A stretch of 56,723 nt of DNA from Armatimonadota bacterium. Lineage in GTDB: Bacteria; Armatimonadota; UBA10988. Below are positions 46,553-56,321 of this stretch, one piece after another; the stretch's first letter is position 1, and each line of letters starts with the position of its first letter. Under the pieces are notes generated by a model. The model was not told the DNA's origin. It made no database searches and was given only the letters and a program-made list of their open reading frames with translations. The DNA lies in assembly GCA_016235455.1 (NCBI GenBank), contig JACRKZ010000074.1, positions 1 to 56,723 of the forward strand, written 5' to 3'. The translations under genes were made by a program, and so were the position numbers.

Positions 46553-48166
46553 ATGTCAAAGCATCGTACAAGCTGGTTGGTGCTGGGTCTGGCCCTGCTG
46601 GGCCGGGCTGGCTGGGCGGCGGAGGATCCGCTCCTGGCCGAGGCGCGCAAGGCTCCACCCATCTCCGGCGTGTTCACGCCCTATGCCTCGGCCTTCGAGG
46701 TCTCGGGCAATGCCGCTCAGGCTGGGCGCTATCTGGCGCCTCATGCCGAGGTCGGCTTCAGCGTCGATGATCTGAGCCTGCGTGCGGCCGACGGCTTCGA
46801 CGCCCTCGACCTGTGGGCGCATGGCGCGTTTGGCTACAACCAGCGCAACCTGCTCCAGGTCTGGACGCACGAGATCCCGGCCCGGCTGCGCGTCAACTAT
46901 GGTCGCTCGCTGTTCGTCTCCGAGCCGACGCTGCTGGGCCAGCCCTTGGGCTCGCGCAGTTCGGTGTCCTACGACCTGTTGGTCCGACCGGCGACTTGGG
47001 CGGCGGTCAGCGGCGGCTACCGCAACGACAACGATCGCCTCGGCCTGCTGGCTCGTGGCGGCACCATCATGAACCGTGGCACCGAGGCCTGGGGCGCGCT
47101 GAACATCGACACCGGCATGGGTGTCCTGGGCGGCTACTTCAGCACCTCCGACTACCGCGACCGCGCGGTGGGTCAGCCGAGTTCGTCCACGCTCCAGTAC
47201 GGCGTCAACTACGACGGCGTGTTTGGCAAGCAGTGGGCGCTGGCCGGTGGAGCCCGGTGGGCGGAGATCCGCATCCCCGGCGCGCCGAAGTCGACGGTCT
47301 TCCTGGCCGGCGTCAGCGGTAGCTACCAAGCGTCGAGCAACCTGTCGTTCGACGCGCGCTGGCGCTACCGCGACGTGGTCTGGGGCCCGACCCAGAACGC
47401 CTATCTGGGCCGCAGCAATGGTGGTGGCGCGAGCCTGACCTATCGGCCGTGGAAGCCGATGACGGTGCGCGCGGGCTTCGAGATCAGCGAGTTGCAGCGC
47501 TTCAACGCGACGCAGACCGCCCTCGAGAAGCCGGGCGAGACCCGCTTCTGGGTGCGCGCCGACTACCGCGGTGGGCGCAGCCTGAAGGCCTCGGCCTCCT
47601 ACCAGCTGCGTAGCCTGAGCCGGCTGGCGGTCAGCGCCGTGCCGGGCATCACCAACACCGCGCCGCTGTTTGCCGACAGCGACCAGCGGGTCGACCTGCG
47701 GGCCAGCCGCATGATCGGCGGCAGTGGTCTGGGCTATGCGTTCTACCAGTACCGCCAGATCCACTCCGACACACGCGCTATCGACAGCGCCGTGGGCACC
47801 GTCGGCGTGGGCTTGACGATGCCGCTGAGCCACAGCCTGACCGGTACCACCGACTGGTACTACCGCTACGCTACCGACAGCCAACTCAGTATGGCGGGCC
47901 TGGGCACGGACACCGTGGTCGCGCACGTCGGACTGGGCTGGCAGCCCGGCCCCAGGTGGCACATGACCGCGGACTATCACTGGGTCAACAGCTACTATGG
48001 CCAGGCGGCGTCGGACCACTACATCGCCGCTACCCTCGGCTATGACGCGGGCAAGAACTCGACCTTCCAGTTGAGCTACTCGCGCGATGGCTATGATGGC
48101 GGCCTGTTCCCCGGGCTCGACTACGACGCGGACATCTTCCGCTTCAGCCTGGTGAACAAGTTCTAG
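46553..48166 (+). CDS. outer-membrane beta-barrel, MtrB/PioB-like porin partner
   Basis: Directly follows the decaheme gene; signal peptide; alternating aromatic/Gly strands; C-terminal Phe (FSLVNKF). Confidence 0.8.
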   Translation: MSKHRTSWLVLGLALLGRAGWAAEDPLLAEARKAPPISGVFTPYASAFEVSGNAAQAGRYLAPHAEVGFSVDDLSLRAADGFDALDLWAHGAFGYNQRNLLQVWTHEIPARLRVNYGRSLFVSEPTLLGQPLGSRSSVSYDLLVRPATWAAVSGGYRNDNDRLGLLARGGTIMNRGTEAWGALNIDTGMGVLGGYFSTSDYRDRAVGQPSSSTLQYGVNYDGVFGKQWALAGGARWAEIRIPGAPKSTVFLAGVSGSYQASSNLSFDARWRYRDVVWGPTQNAYLGRSNGGGASLTYRPWKPMTVRAGFEISELQRFNATQTALEKPGETRFWVRADYRGGRSLKASASYQLRSLSRLAVSAVPGITNTAPLFADSDQRVDLRASRMIGGSGLGYAFYQYRQIHSDTRAIDSAVGTVGVGLTMPLSHSLTGTTDWYYRYATDSQLSMAGLGTDTVVAHVGLGWQPGPRWHMTADYHWVNSYYGQAASDHYIAATLGYDAGKNSTFQLSYSRDGYDGGLFPGLDYDADIFRFSLVNKF

Positions 48167-48183
48167 GCAACGCTCCCATGGCC

Positions 48184-48216
48184 CAGCGGCCCGCCGGCCT
48201 CGCCGGCGGGCCGCTG
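48184..48216. terminator. 15-bp perfect hairpin ending the porin-cytochrome operon
   Basis: CAGCGGCCCGCCGGC-CTC-GCCGGCGGGCCGCTG between convergent genes. Confidence 0.7.
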
Positions 48217-48227
48217 CGCTTTGGGGC

Positions 48228-48848
48228 TTACCGGCGACCGACCGCCACGAACACGCCGTACGTGCGCGGGATGCCGTGGACATCCGGCCGCGTTACGCGA
48301 TGGGCATCGGCCACGCGCACCTCGCCACAGCCCGCCGCGCGCAGCCAGGCGGCCATCGTCTCGCGCTGGAACCCCTGGTGGTGGACGTCGTCGACATCCG
48401 GCCCGTGGAAGCTGCCATCCTCGGCATCGAGATCGGCCAGCGCCAGCCAGCCACCAGGCTTGACCGCGCCCACCAGCCGCGCCAGCAACGCCGGCACGTC
48501 GGCAATGTGGTGCAGCGTCATCGAGCTGACCACGGCGTCCACCGGCTCGCCGTCCCACGCCGCGCGGGTCAGGTCGACGCGGTGCGTGGTCACCTGAGTC
48601 AGTCCCGCGGCCGACAGCTTGTCGTCCAGCACGTCGAGCATGCCCGTCGAGCAATCTACGGCGACCACCTCGGCCACGGAATCGAGCAGCCGCAACGTGA
48701 CCAGCCCCGTGCCCGCGCCGAAGTCCATGATGCGCCAGTCCGGCGCGAACGGCACCTCGCGACGCATGGCGTCAGCCACGCCGGTACCCAGCGCGGCGCG
48801 CACGGGGTTGGTGTCCCATTGCGGGGCAAGCGTGTCGAATCGGCTCAT
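48228..48848 (-). CDS. class I SAM-dependent methyltransferase
   Basis: MDFGAGTG, VAVDCS, SMTLHHI, VKPGG, DLDAEDGSFH. Confidence 0.92.
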   Translation of the reverse strand: MSRFDTLAPQWDTNPVRAALGTGVADAMRREVPFAPDWRIMDFGAGTGLVTLRLLDSVAEVVAVDCSTGMLDVLDDKLSAAGLTQVTTHRVDLTRAAWDGEPVDAVVSSMTLHHIADVPALLARLVGAVKPGGWLALADLDAEDGSFHGPDVDDVHHQGFQRETMAAWLRAAGCGEVRVADAHRVTRPDVHGIPRTYGVFVAVGRR

Positions 48849-49037
48849 GCGGCGACTCCTGTGCGCGCATTGTAGCCCATGCATCGGTCAATGCAGGGGA
48901 TGGCCAGAGATACCTCCAAACCTACGAAGAATGACATGCAATGCACTCGAGATTTACTTGACGATGCTCTGGTAGGGGGGTGTAAGATAGGAGCGTGTAG
49001 ACGTCGGAGGGGTTGCGGCCGGCGTCAAGGGGATGTC

Positions 49038-51272
49038 GTGAAGAGGCTGCTGACTGGCTGGGTGGCGAGTCTGTTGCTGGTGTCCAGCGTGGCGGGGGCG
49101 CCGTCGTGGGACAGCGGCAAGCAGGGCCGCTTCGTCATGGCGCTGGCGCGCGATGCCGCCGGCGCGCTGTGGGCCGGCACCGAGGACATGGGCGTCTGGC
49201 GTCACGACGGCCAGGCCTGGCGCCAGTTCACGACCAAGGATGGCCTGGGCGACGACAACGCCTACGCGGTCTGCGCCGACTCGGCGGGGCGCGTGTGGGT
49301 CGGCCATCTCAACCACGGCGTGTCGGTCTACAACGGGCAGACCTGGCGCAACTACGACCTGCTCACCGGCCCGCTGGGCGACCGCGTTCATGCCATCGCC
49401 GCCGCGCCCGATGGCGACGTCTGGATGGCCACCAGCGCCGGCTTGACGCGCTACGTGGCGGTCATCGACGCCTGGGTCGACTACACCATCGCCGATGGCC
49501 TGCCCAGCAACCAGTTCACCAGCATCGCAGTCGACCCGCGCGGCGTGGTCTATGCCGGCTCGGCCTGCAATGGGCTGGCGGTGGGCACGCTGGCCGGCGG
49601 CCGCATGGTCTGGCGCATCGTGCCGGGCCCCATCCAGCGCCCGCAACGCTCGCGTGTCTCCGGCGAGAAGCTGTTGCCCTCGGCGCTCATCAACCACCTC
49701 AGCATCACCGCCCGCGGCCGGGTCTACGTGGCCACCAACTACGGTCTGGCCTACAGCGACGACCAGGCGCAGACCTGGACCTGGGCACGCGGCGTGGACT
49801 GGGCCGAACATGTCAAGGGCCTGGCCGATGGCGCGCCGAGGAACTTCAAGGCCGACGGGCCGGGCACGCTGCTGGAAGACTACGTCACTTTCGCGACGGA
49901 GGACGCCAAGGGACGGCTCTGGGTCGGCCACTGGACCAAGGGCGTGGAGACCTTCGACCTGGGCGCGGGCAAACGCGTCTGGGACTCGGGCACCGACAGC
50001 GGGCGCGACTTCGCCAACGCCTGGCTGGCCGTGCCGGGCGAGGCGCCGCTGTTGGCCTGGTCGGGCGGCGGGCTGAGCCAGGCTGGTTTTGGCAGCGCCA
50101 GCGTTGCTGGCGTTGGCGCCAGCGCTGCTGGCGCCGGCACCCAACCCGCACCCGCCCCGAGTTCGGCAGCGCCCAAGCCGGTGCCGGCTCTGCCCAAGCC
50201 AGCCGCGCCGCCGAGTGAGAAGGACCTGGCGCAGCTCCAGGCGCGGCTCGCGGCCTGCGCCACGCCATCGCCGCCGGGCACGGCCGGCTTCCGCGGCGAG
50301 GACTGGCAGACCCAAGGCGATTGGGTCGGGCGCTACGGCCGCACCAAGGGCATCCTGTGCGCGCAGAAGGCACCGCTCGATGACGACATGGGCAACGACA
50401 TGTACACCATGGTCCGCGCCCGCATCGGCCGGCACCACGGCGACAAGGACTCGCTGCGCTACTGGGTCCACTGGCTGCGCAGCGACGATCGGCGCGTGCT
50501 CTACAACCCGACGCTGGGCTACCGCCGCCAGTCGGACTGGGACGACCACGGCGAGACCTACGCCATGACCTACGACGGCCCGGACATGTGGGTCGACGTG
50601 ACGGTCACCGCCGGGGTGCATCGGCTGTCGCTCTACTTCTTCAACAAGGACGGCCACGACGGCGCCAACCGCTGGCGCGACTACCTGGTGGAGGTCAAGC
50701 CCTACGCGGCCGACCCCAAGCAGGCGGAGACCGCGCCGACACTGGCCCACTGCCGGGTCAACCGGTTCTGGGGCGGAGTCTACCCGCAGTTCGTCGTGAC
50801 CGGCCCGGCGCGCTACCACGTGCGCATCGCCCGCAACGGCAGCTTCAACACGATCGTGCAGGCGGTGCTGGTGGACAAGGTCTGGGGCGAGTTGAGCTTC
50901 CGCGACAAATGGCGGCAGCTGTGGTTGGCCTCACAGCCGTTTGGCCCGGTGGACCAGGACTGGCAGCGGGTCAAGGCGGCCGAGGAGATGGTGCCCGAGG
51001 TTGCCGACGGCTTGGCCACGGCCGGGCTGTGGCGGGAGTTGAGCCGGGCGACGAGTTGCGACGGCACGTGGGCCGTCGATCGCGCGGCGCGGGTGGAGTT
51101 GTTGCGTGCGATGGTCGCGGGGAAGGCTTCGGCCCCGGCTACCGAGCGCTTGCGATGGTCGCTGCCGGCCTGGGAGCCGGAGGAGCGGAAGGGGTTCGAG
51201 ACTTCCGTAAGCAGCGCGTACAAAGCGCTGCGACAGAAGCTCGACAAGGACAAGGGGGCTCCGGCGGGCTGA
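49038..51272 (+). CDS. secreted two-component-regulator-type beta-propeller protein with Trp-rich C-terminal domain
   Basis: Repeats such as D..G.LW.GT, DGLGDDNAYAV, DGLPSN; Pro/Ala linker; no kinase domain. Confidence 0.8.
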   Translation: MKRLLTGWVASLLLVSSVAGAPSWDSGKQGRFVMALARDAAGALWAGTEDMGVWRHDGQAWRQFTTKDGLGDDNAYAVCADSAGRVWVGHLNHGVSVYNGQTWRNYDLLTGPLGDRVHAIAAAPDGDVWMATSAGLTRYVAVIDAWVDYTIADGLPSNQFTSIAVDPRGVVYAGSACNGLAVGTLAGGRMVWRIVPGPIQRPQRSRVSGEKLLPSALINHLSITARGRVYVATNYGLAYSDDQAQTWTWARGVDWAEHVKGLADGAPRNFKADGPGTLLEDYVTFATEDAKGRLWVGHWTKGVETFDLGAGKRVWDSGTDSGRDFANAWLAVPGEAPLLAWSGGGLSQAGFGSASVAGVGASAAGAGTQPAPAPSSAAPKPVPALPKPAAPPSEKDLAQLQARLAACATPSPPGTAGFRGEDWQTQGDWVGRYGRTKGILCAQKAPLDDDMGNDMYTMVRARIGRHHGDKDSLRYWVHWLRSDDRRVLYNPTLGYRRQSDWDDHGETYAMTYDGPDMWVDVTVTAGVHRLSLYFFNKDGHDGANRWRDYLVEVKPYAADPKQAETAPTLAHCRVNRFWGGVYPQFVVTGPARYHVRIARNGSFNTIVQAVLVDKVWGELSFRDKWRQLWLASQPFGPVDQDWQRVKAAEEMVPEVADGLATAGLWRELSRATSCDGTWAVDRAARVELLRAMVAGKASAPATERLRWSLPAWEPEERKGFETSVSSAYKALRQKLDKDKGAPAG

Positions 51273-51310
51273 CGCTCGCGGCGGGGCCGAATGAACACAG
51301 GAGGTACGAG

Positions 51311-51769
51311 ATGAGAGGATCGCCAAGGATGAGGTGGCGAGGCGTGCTCGGCGCACTGGCGGTGACGCTGGGGTGCCTGGGATCGGCCGGGGCGGTGGAG
51401 GTGACGGCGACGGCGGGTGACGGGTCTGCGGCCGTGCCGGGTCCAGCGAGCGTTGGCCTCGGCGCCGTTGCCACGGATGCGCCGGAGCCGAACGATGAGC
51501 TGCAGGTCGTGAGCACGACGTGGTCGTGGGGCACCGTCTCTGTAGAGGACCTAACAGAGGCGGCGCCGGGCACCTGCCTCGCGCCGGTTCTAGTGGACGG
51601 TACCATCAGCCAACCCAATCCAGAGTTACCCTCGGCGACGCTAGATGTCAGTGCGACACGCGCAGGCACGTACCGCGTGACGCTGGCGGTGAGCGTGACC
51701 TACAAGATGAGTGACGGCAGCGAGGTCACAGGCGGCGCAGAGACCCAATGCACTGTGACGTTCACCTAG
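51311..51769 (+). CDS. secreted single Ig/PKD-like domain protein
   Basis: AGGAGG RBS; signal peptide; WSW and AGTYRVTL motifs. Confidence 0.65.
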   Translation: MRGSPRMRWRGVLGALAVTLGCLGSAGAVEVTATAGDGSAAVPGPASVGLGAVATDAPEPNDELQVVSTTWSWGTVSVEDLTEAAPGTCLAPVLVDGTISQPNPELPSATLDVSATRAGTYRVTLAVSVTYKMSDGSEVTGGAETQCTVTFT

Positions 51770-51803
51770 CGGGGAGACCCGGGCCAAAGGAGGTTCAGTT
51801 CAC

Positions 51804-52337
51804 ATGATCACGAAGTGGATACCGCTTCTGCTGGCAATGGCAATGATGCCGGCTTGGGGCAACGCCGCCGACGATGCTGGCGTTCAGTTCAGACTACACT
51901 CCCTCAGTCACCTGCGCATGGATCACAATGACCTGGGCGGCCGTTGCTCATGGATGTCGGAGTCGCACCCTCCTATCATCACTCTGGTCTGCGCTCCGTT
52001 TGGTGAGACGCAGCAACTGCGCATCGCCAGCGCCTTCCAGCCGCCGAACAACCAAGGTGGCCCGGTAGCCATACCGATCCCGCAGACTGTCTGGTATGCC
52101 TACCAGTCGCAAAAGGACAAGTGGCTGCACTTCGCGTGCGAGACGAGGTATGTGCTCGATACGAGTAGACCGCTTGGTGCCTATGTGACCTGCCCCAACA
52201 TGCCGCCGATACCGCCCGATGCCCAACACTTCTTCCAGTTGACGGCCTACACAACCGATATGAGAACGCACCACACGCCGCAGGGCCCGGCTGTTGAGGC
52301 AACTGTCTGCGAGAACCCGCCCCAGTGGCCTCAGTGA
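51804..52337 (+). CDS. secreted hypothetical protein
   Basis: AAGGAGG RBS; signal peptide; atypical codon usage. Confidence 0.65.
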   Translation: MITKWIPLLLAMAMMPAWGNAADDAGVQFRLHSLSHLRMDHNDLGGRCSWMSESHPPIITLVCAPFGETQQLRIASAFQPPNNQGGPVAIPIPQTVWYAYQSQKDKWLHFACETRYVLDTSRPLGAYVTCPNMPPIPPDAQHFFQLTAYTTDMRTHHTPQGPAVEATVCENPPQWPQ

Positions 52338-52346
52338 GGGACACAA

Positions 52347-53828
52347 ATGCGCCTACACCACCTACTGGTGCCCATCGCGGCCATTGCGGGCGTGTCGCCT
52401 GCTGTGCATGCGGACGACAACTGGGCTCAGTCTGTCGTTCAGTGGATTGCGGGAGAGCAGGGGCTCAGCGTGGTGCCGGTGCCCGGTACGTTGAGGCCAA
52501 CGGCCTCTGCCGATAGCCCGGCAGTCGCTCCGCTGGAGCGACTGCCGGGCTCCTGGCAACAGGTTGGTTCGGTCAGGGCATTCGTGCCCTACGGAGACCA
52601 GGATGCTGTCACGGCCGAGATGGCGCAGCGTGGGCTGGAGCGCACCGCTCGGCTGCGGGCCTTGGTTGACGTGCTCGGCGAGGACTCCTGGCGCGCGTTT
52701 CGGCGCGGCGCGCCGTTCCCTCTGGCCCTATTGACGCCAGAACAGCGAGTGTGCGTGGACTCGTTGCTCGCGGTCTCTGGCTCGGTGCAGCCGACGGCGC
52801 CGGCGGGCAGTGGCGCGCAGACCGCGGATCTCGTGTCGGCACTCCGGCTCGTTGTACGGCCAGTCATCCGGTTCGAGCGCTTCGGCCGTCTTTTCGGGCA
52901 AGCTGACCTGATCGCCGAGGTTTGGTCAAGCGATGGGTATGACCTGAGTAGACGATGCACCAGGGATGCAGAGGGCTGCTTTGTGCCGGTTGCCTACGCG
53001 GGTCGATGGGCACGAGGCAAGTACGGGGAGGCGCCCGACCTTCATACGGATGCCAATGTGCCACCAGTGGTCCTGGGTGAGGTCGACAGCGCGCTGGCCG
53101 CCAAGCGCTTGTCGGTGCCAGCAGCCCGTATCGTGACGGTGGCCGAGATGTCCGACAGCCTCAAGCAGTGTTGTGGCTGGGATGTGGTGGTCGCGCCGAG
53201 CATCCGCCAACTCCGGGTTGCTCTTGGCCCAGGCGAGTATCCCTGCAACGAGCTCGCTGCGGCGGTCAGCGCTGCTCTCGCGATTGATTGCAGGACGTTC
53301 GACCGCCTCCTGTATTTCGTCAGTCCTAACACGTTGCTGCCGGCCAGCAGTGCGCCGGCTCCGCAGTTGTCCAAACCGGGTGCGGCAGCGCTCCGGAGGG
53401 TGGGCGCCAGCGCCGACTATGCCGGCTTGGTTGTACCAATGGCCTGGCACCGTGAGGGCAGGTGTGTGCGGTTCGCCGAACTGGTCCCGCCACTGTCTGC
53501 GTTCGCAGAATCGGTGTGGTACGCAACGAGGCATCCTGAAGCGGCACGAGACGAGGTGCTGTTCTCGGTCGGTGGACCACGCCAGACTGTCGACTCGTGG
53601 TACAGCCTGTGTGCGCCGCGGTCGGCGGGCGCGACGGCACTGCTGCGCCGGGAGTTGGCTGGCAGCACGTTGCAGTTCCGGCTCGCATACACCTTCGGCG
53701 TGGCCGACTACGCGGCTCTCCCGCAGGCTGCGGACGCCACCAACCGTCCGCCCGCTGGCCTAGCATGGGAGCAGCAGCGGGTCCGCTGGCTGGCGTCTTG
53801 GACCGACGAGGGCGGGCCGACGCCATGA
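52347..53828 (+). CDS. secreted hypothetical protein with an STN-like module
   Basis: Signal peptide ending VHA; TVAEMSDSLKQCCGWDVVVAP...ELAAAVSAAL resembles an STN/N0 fold. Confidence 0.55.
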   Translation: MRLHHLLVPIAAIAGVSPAVHADDNWAQSVVQWIAGEQGLSVVPVPGTLRPTASADSPAVAPLERLPGSWQQVGSVRAFVPYGDQDAVTAEMAQRGLERTARLRALVDVLGEDSWRAFRRGAPFPLALLTPEQRVCVDSLLAVSGSVQPTAPAGSGAQTADLVSALRLVVRPVIRFERFGRLFGQADLIAEVWSSDGYDLSRRCTRDAEGCFVPVAYAGRWARGKYGEAPDLHTDANVPPVVLGEVDSALAAKRLSVPAARIVTVAEMSDSLKQCCGWDVVVAPSIRQLRVALGPGEYPCNELAAAVSAALAIDCRTFDRLLYFVSPNTLLPASSAPAPQLSKPGAAALRRVGASADYAGLVVPMAWHREGRCVRFAELVPPLSAFAESVWYATRHPEAARDEVLFSVGGPRQTVDSWYSLCAPRSAGATALLRRELAGSTLQFRLAYTFGVADYAALPQAADATNRPPAGLAWEQQRVRWLASWTDEGGPTP

Positions 53829-54952
53829 GGAGACCAGCATTGTGCAAGGGAGTGCTCGGCCTGCTGTTCGTGTGCATGTTCGCCCGCGATGTGCAGGCGC
53901 GACCGCAGTTGGTGATCGACGCTTGGCGGGAGCCACGCCTGATCGGCGCCACCGCGCGTCGGATGGACCTGCTGAGCAGTCTGGCACGGGTCTACTGCTT
54001 CGCTTACGCCAACGGGCAAAGCCTGGTGCAGACCGACGTGCCTTGGGTTGTGCGGCCGTCCTTCGCAGGGACCGGAGACGCGTTTGTGGAGTTGAGGCAG
54101 CGGTGCCGCGCGGCCAGGATTCCGCTGTACATGGCGGCTGACATGCTGGTATGGCGTGACTTCACGAAGTGCCCTCTACCGCAGGTGGTCCGTCCGTGGC
54201 TCGAACTTACGCCGACGTTCGACAGCGGTCGCGGACCAGTGTGGGATCCGGTTGTCTACCTTTCGCCATTCTGTCCCCAGGTCCAGGACTTCGTGACGTC
54301 AATGGCTATGGCCGTCGGTACCGGAAGATCTGCCTCGGACGGACTGGCCGTTGGGCTACGACTCTCGCCGCGCCTGCGATTCGGGACCAGCCAATGGGCC
54401 CGCGCTCATACCATCCGCGCGCTTGGGTGGGACCCGCTCGATGGGGTCGACGTGGGCCAACTGCCGCAGTGGACCGAATGCCGAGAGTCGTTCATCGCGT
54501 CGATGCTAGAGACCGTTGCGGCGACAGCGAGGGCAGGCGGCGAAGGGCGACGGATGGTTGCCATCGGTGATGGCGACCTGCCTATCAGCGACCTCGCCGC
54601 GAAGGGCAACGCCGCCGACAACTGGCTGGCCTGGCTGGAGCGCGGTCTGGTGGACGAGGTGCTTGTCGATGCGGTCTGGACGCCTGCCATCACCAGCAAA
54701 GTGTGGGGCGCGCTACGTCAGGCCTCGCTGGCCCAGATCGCACGCACTGGGAGGACATTCCTCGGTACGGCCCAGGCACCGTTGGCCCGGCTGGCACCCC
54801 TGGTGGGAGGTCGCACCGACGAGGTGACGCCCAGCCTGACCGAGCAGTACGGGCAGCTCAAGGCTGCGGGGGCACCACTGGACGCAGTCACCTTCTACCC
54901 GCGCTCGCTCGAGGAACTGTCCGAAGTGCAGGACATCATCAAGCCGCGCTGA
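53825..54952 (+). CDS. degenerate GHL10 (DUF187)-like TIM-barrel protein
   Basis: ATGA coupling; YLSPFCPQV, W...RESFI, DNWLAWLERGLVD resemble GHL10 motifs. Confidence 0.5.
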   Translation: MRRPALCKGVLGLLFVCMFARDVQARPQLVIDAWREPRLIGATARRMDLLSSLARVYCFAYANGQSLVQTDVPWVVRPSFAGTGDAFVELRQRCRAARIPLYMAADMLVWRDFTKCPLPQVVRPWLELTPTFDSGRGPVWDPVVYLSPFCPQVQDFVTSMAMAVGTGRSASDGLAVGLRLSPRLRFGTSQWARAHTIRALGWDPLDGVDVGQLPQWTECRESFIASMLETVAATARAGGEGRRMVAIGDGDLPISDLAAKGNAADNWLAWLERGLVDEVLVDAVWTPAITSKVWGALRQASLAQIARTGRTFLGTAQAPLARLAPLVGGRTDEVTPSLTEQYGQLKAAGAPLDAVTFYPRSLEELSEVQDIIKPR

Positions 54953-54962
54953 GGACGCCACC

Positions 54963-56267
54963 ATGACCACGCATCGCTCGTTGGCCCTAGCCGCGCTGGC
55001 CGGTCTGTCGTTGCTCGCCGGCTTGGCCGCCGACCCGGCCAAGCCGGGCTTCACGCTCTACTACACCCACGACGCCATGGGCTACCTGGAGTCGTGCGGC
55101 TGCGCCGGCCCGGTCATTGGCCTGGCCGATATGGTCAACGAGCTGATGGCCCGGCGCAAAGCCGTCACGGGTCCGACGTTGACGCTCGATGGCGGCAACC
55201 TGAGCAAGGACCAATCACGCGGCAGGATCGTCTGGGACGCGCTGAGCCGCGGCGGATACGACGTGGTCGCCTTCGGCCCGTCCGATGTGGCCTGGCAGCA
55301 CGAGTATTGGCCGATGGTCTTCGAGAAGAAGCTGCCGGTGCTCGTGGGTCCCTGGTTCCAGCATGGCAACAACCTGGCCAACGGCATCGCCGTGCCGCGC
55401 TGGACCAAGAAGCTGGGCGACCTGACCGTCGGCGTGACCAGCAGCGGCCCGCGCGCCGAGGTGGTCGACAAGGAGGTCAAGGCCACGCAAGCCGTCCTGG
55501 CCGAGCTGAGGAAGACCTGTGACGTGGTGATCCTGGTCAGCTACCACGACATCGGCGTGGAACGCGCGCTGGTCGACACCGGCCTGCTGGGCGATGCCGA
55601 TCTGGTCATCGGCTGCCGCGGCTGCGCGCTGCTGGAGAACCCCGAGCAGACGCGCAACACCTGGTTCCTGCCCGAGGCCCCCCAAGGCCGCCGCTTCGGC
55701 CAGCTCAAGCTCAGCGTCTCGCCTGCCGACGCCGCCCTGGCTCAGACCGGCCGCAAGTACAAGCTGGCCCTGGCCTACGAGAGCATCACGCCCAAGCAGA
55801 GCGCGAAGGCCGATGACCCCATCGTGGCCGACACCAGGAAGCAGCAGCAACGCGAGGCGCGCATTCAGGTGGCCAAGGGCTACGACAGCGACCTGGACGT
55901 CATGGCCAAGTACGGCTACGTGCCCTCTGACCGCTGCGCGACCTGCCATCGCGAGCAGTATGTGGCCTGGGGCCGCAGCCGCCATGCGCAGGCCTTCCGG
56001 ACGCTGCTGGACAAGAAGGCGCTGCGCGATGAGTGCCTGCCGTGCCATGCCTATGAGATCAAGGCGACCGGCAAGTTCCTCACGCCGACCAAGCAGGAAC
56101 GCGGCGTGGAGTGCATCGCCTGCCACGGCAACGGCATGGTGCATCTGTACATTCCGCGGAAGGACACCATCGACCGCGGCGACCGCACGCTGTGCGTGGG
56201 CTGCCACACCCAGGTCAACGACCCGAACTGGGATGCCGAAAAGCGCTGGGCGGCGATAGCGCACTGA
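54963..56267 (+). CDS. UshA/metallophosphoesterase-like domain fused to a tetraheme c554-like cytochrome
   Basis: Signal peptide; YYTHDAMGYLESCGC, LDGGN, DVVILVS; CATCH, CLPCH, CIACH, CVGCH. Confidence 0.8.
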   Translation: MTTHRSLALAALAGLSLLAGLAADPAKPGFTLYYTHDAMGYLESCGCAGPVIGLADMVNELMARRKAVTGPTLTLDGGNLSKDQSRGRIVWDALSRGGYDVVAFGPSDVAWQHEYWPMVFEKKLPVLVGPWFQHGNNLANGIAVPRWTKKLGDLTVGVTSSGPRAEVVDKEVKATQAVLAELRKTCDVVILVSYHDIGVERALVDTGLLGDADLVIGCRGCALLENPEQTRNTWFLPEAPQGRRFGQLKLSVSPADAALAQTGRKYKLALAYESITPKQSAKADDPIVADTRKQQQREARIQVAKGYDSDLDVMAKYGYVPSDRCATCHREQYVAWGRSRHAQAFRTLLDKKALRDECLPCHAYEIKATGKFLTPTKQERGVECIACHGNGMVHLYIPRKDTIDRGDRTLCVGCHTQVNDPNWDAEKRWAAIAH

Positions 56268-56321
56268 CGAAGGAGTTGCCGGGGCACGGCGAATGGTCGC
56301 GGGACAGCAGAGAGAGAGCCC

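Noticed and set aside
50588-51310. Long 5' extension of the Ig-like ORF
   Set aside because: Overlaps the propeller gene out of frame; RBS and signal peptide start at 51311
55090-55105. Possible selenocysteine in the CxC motif
   Set aside because: Both codons are TGC; no in-frame TGA
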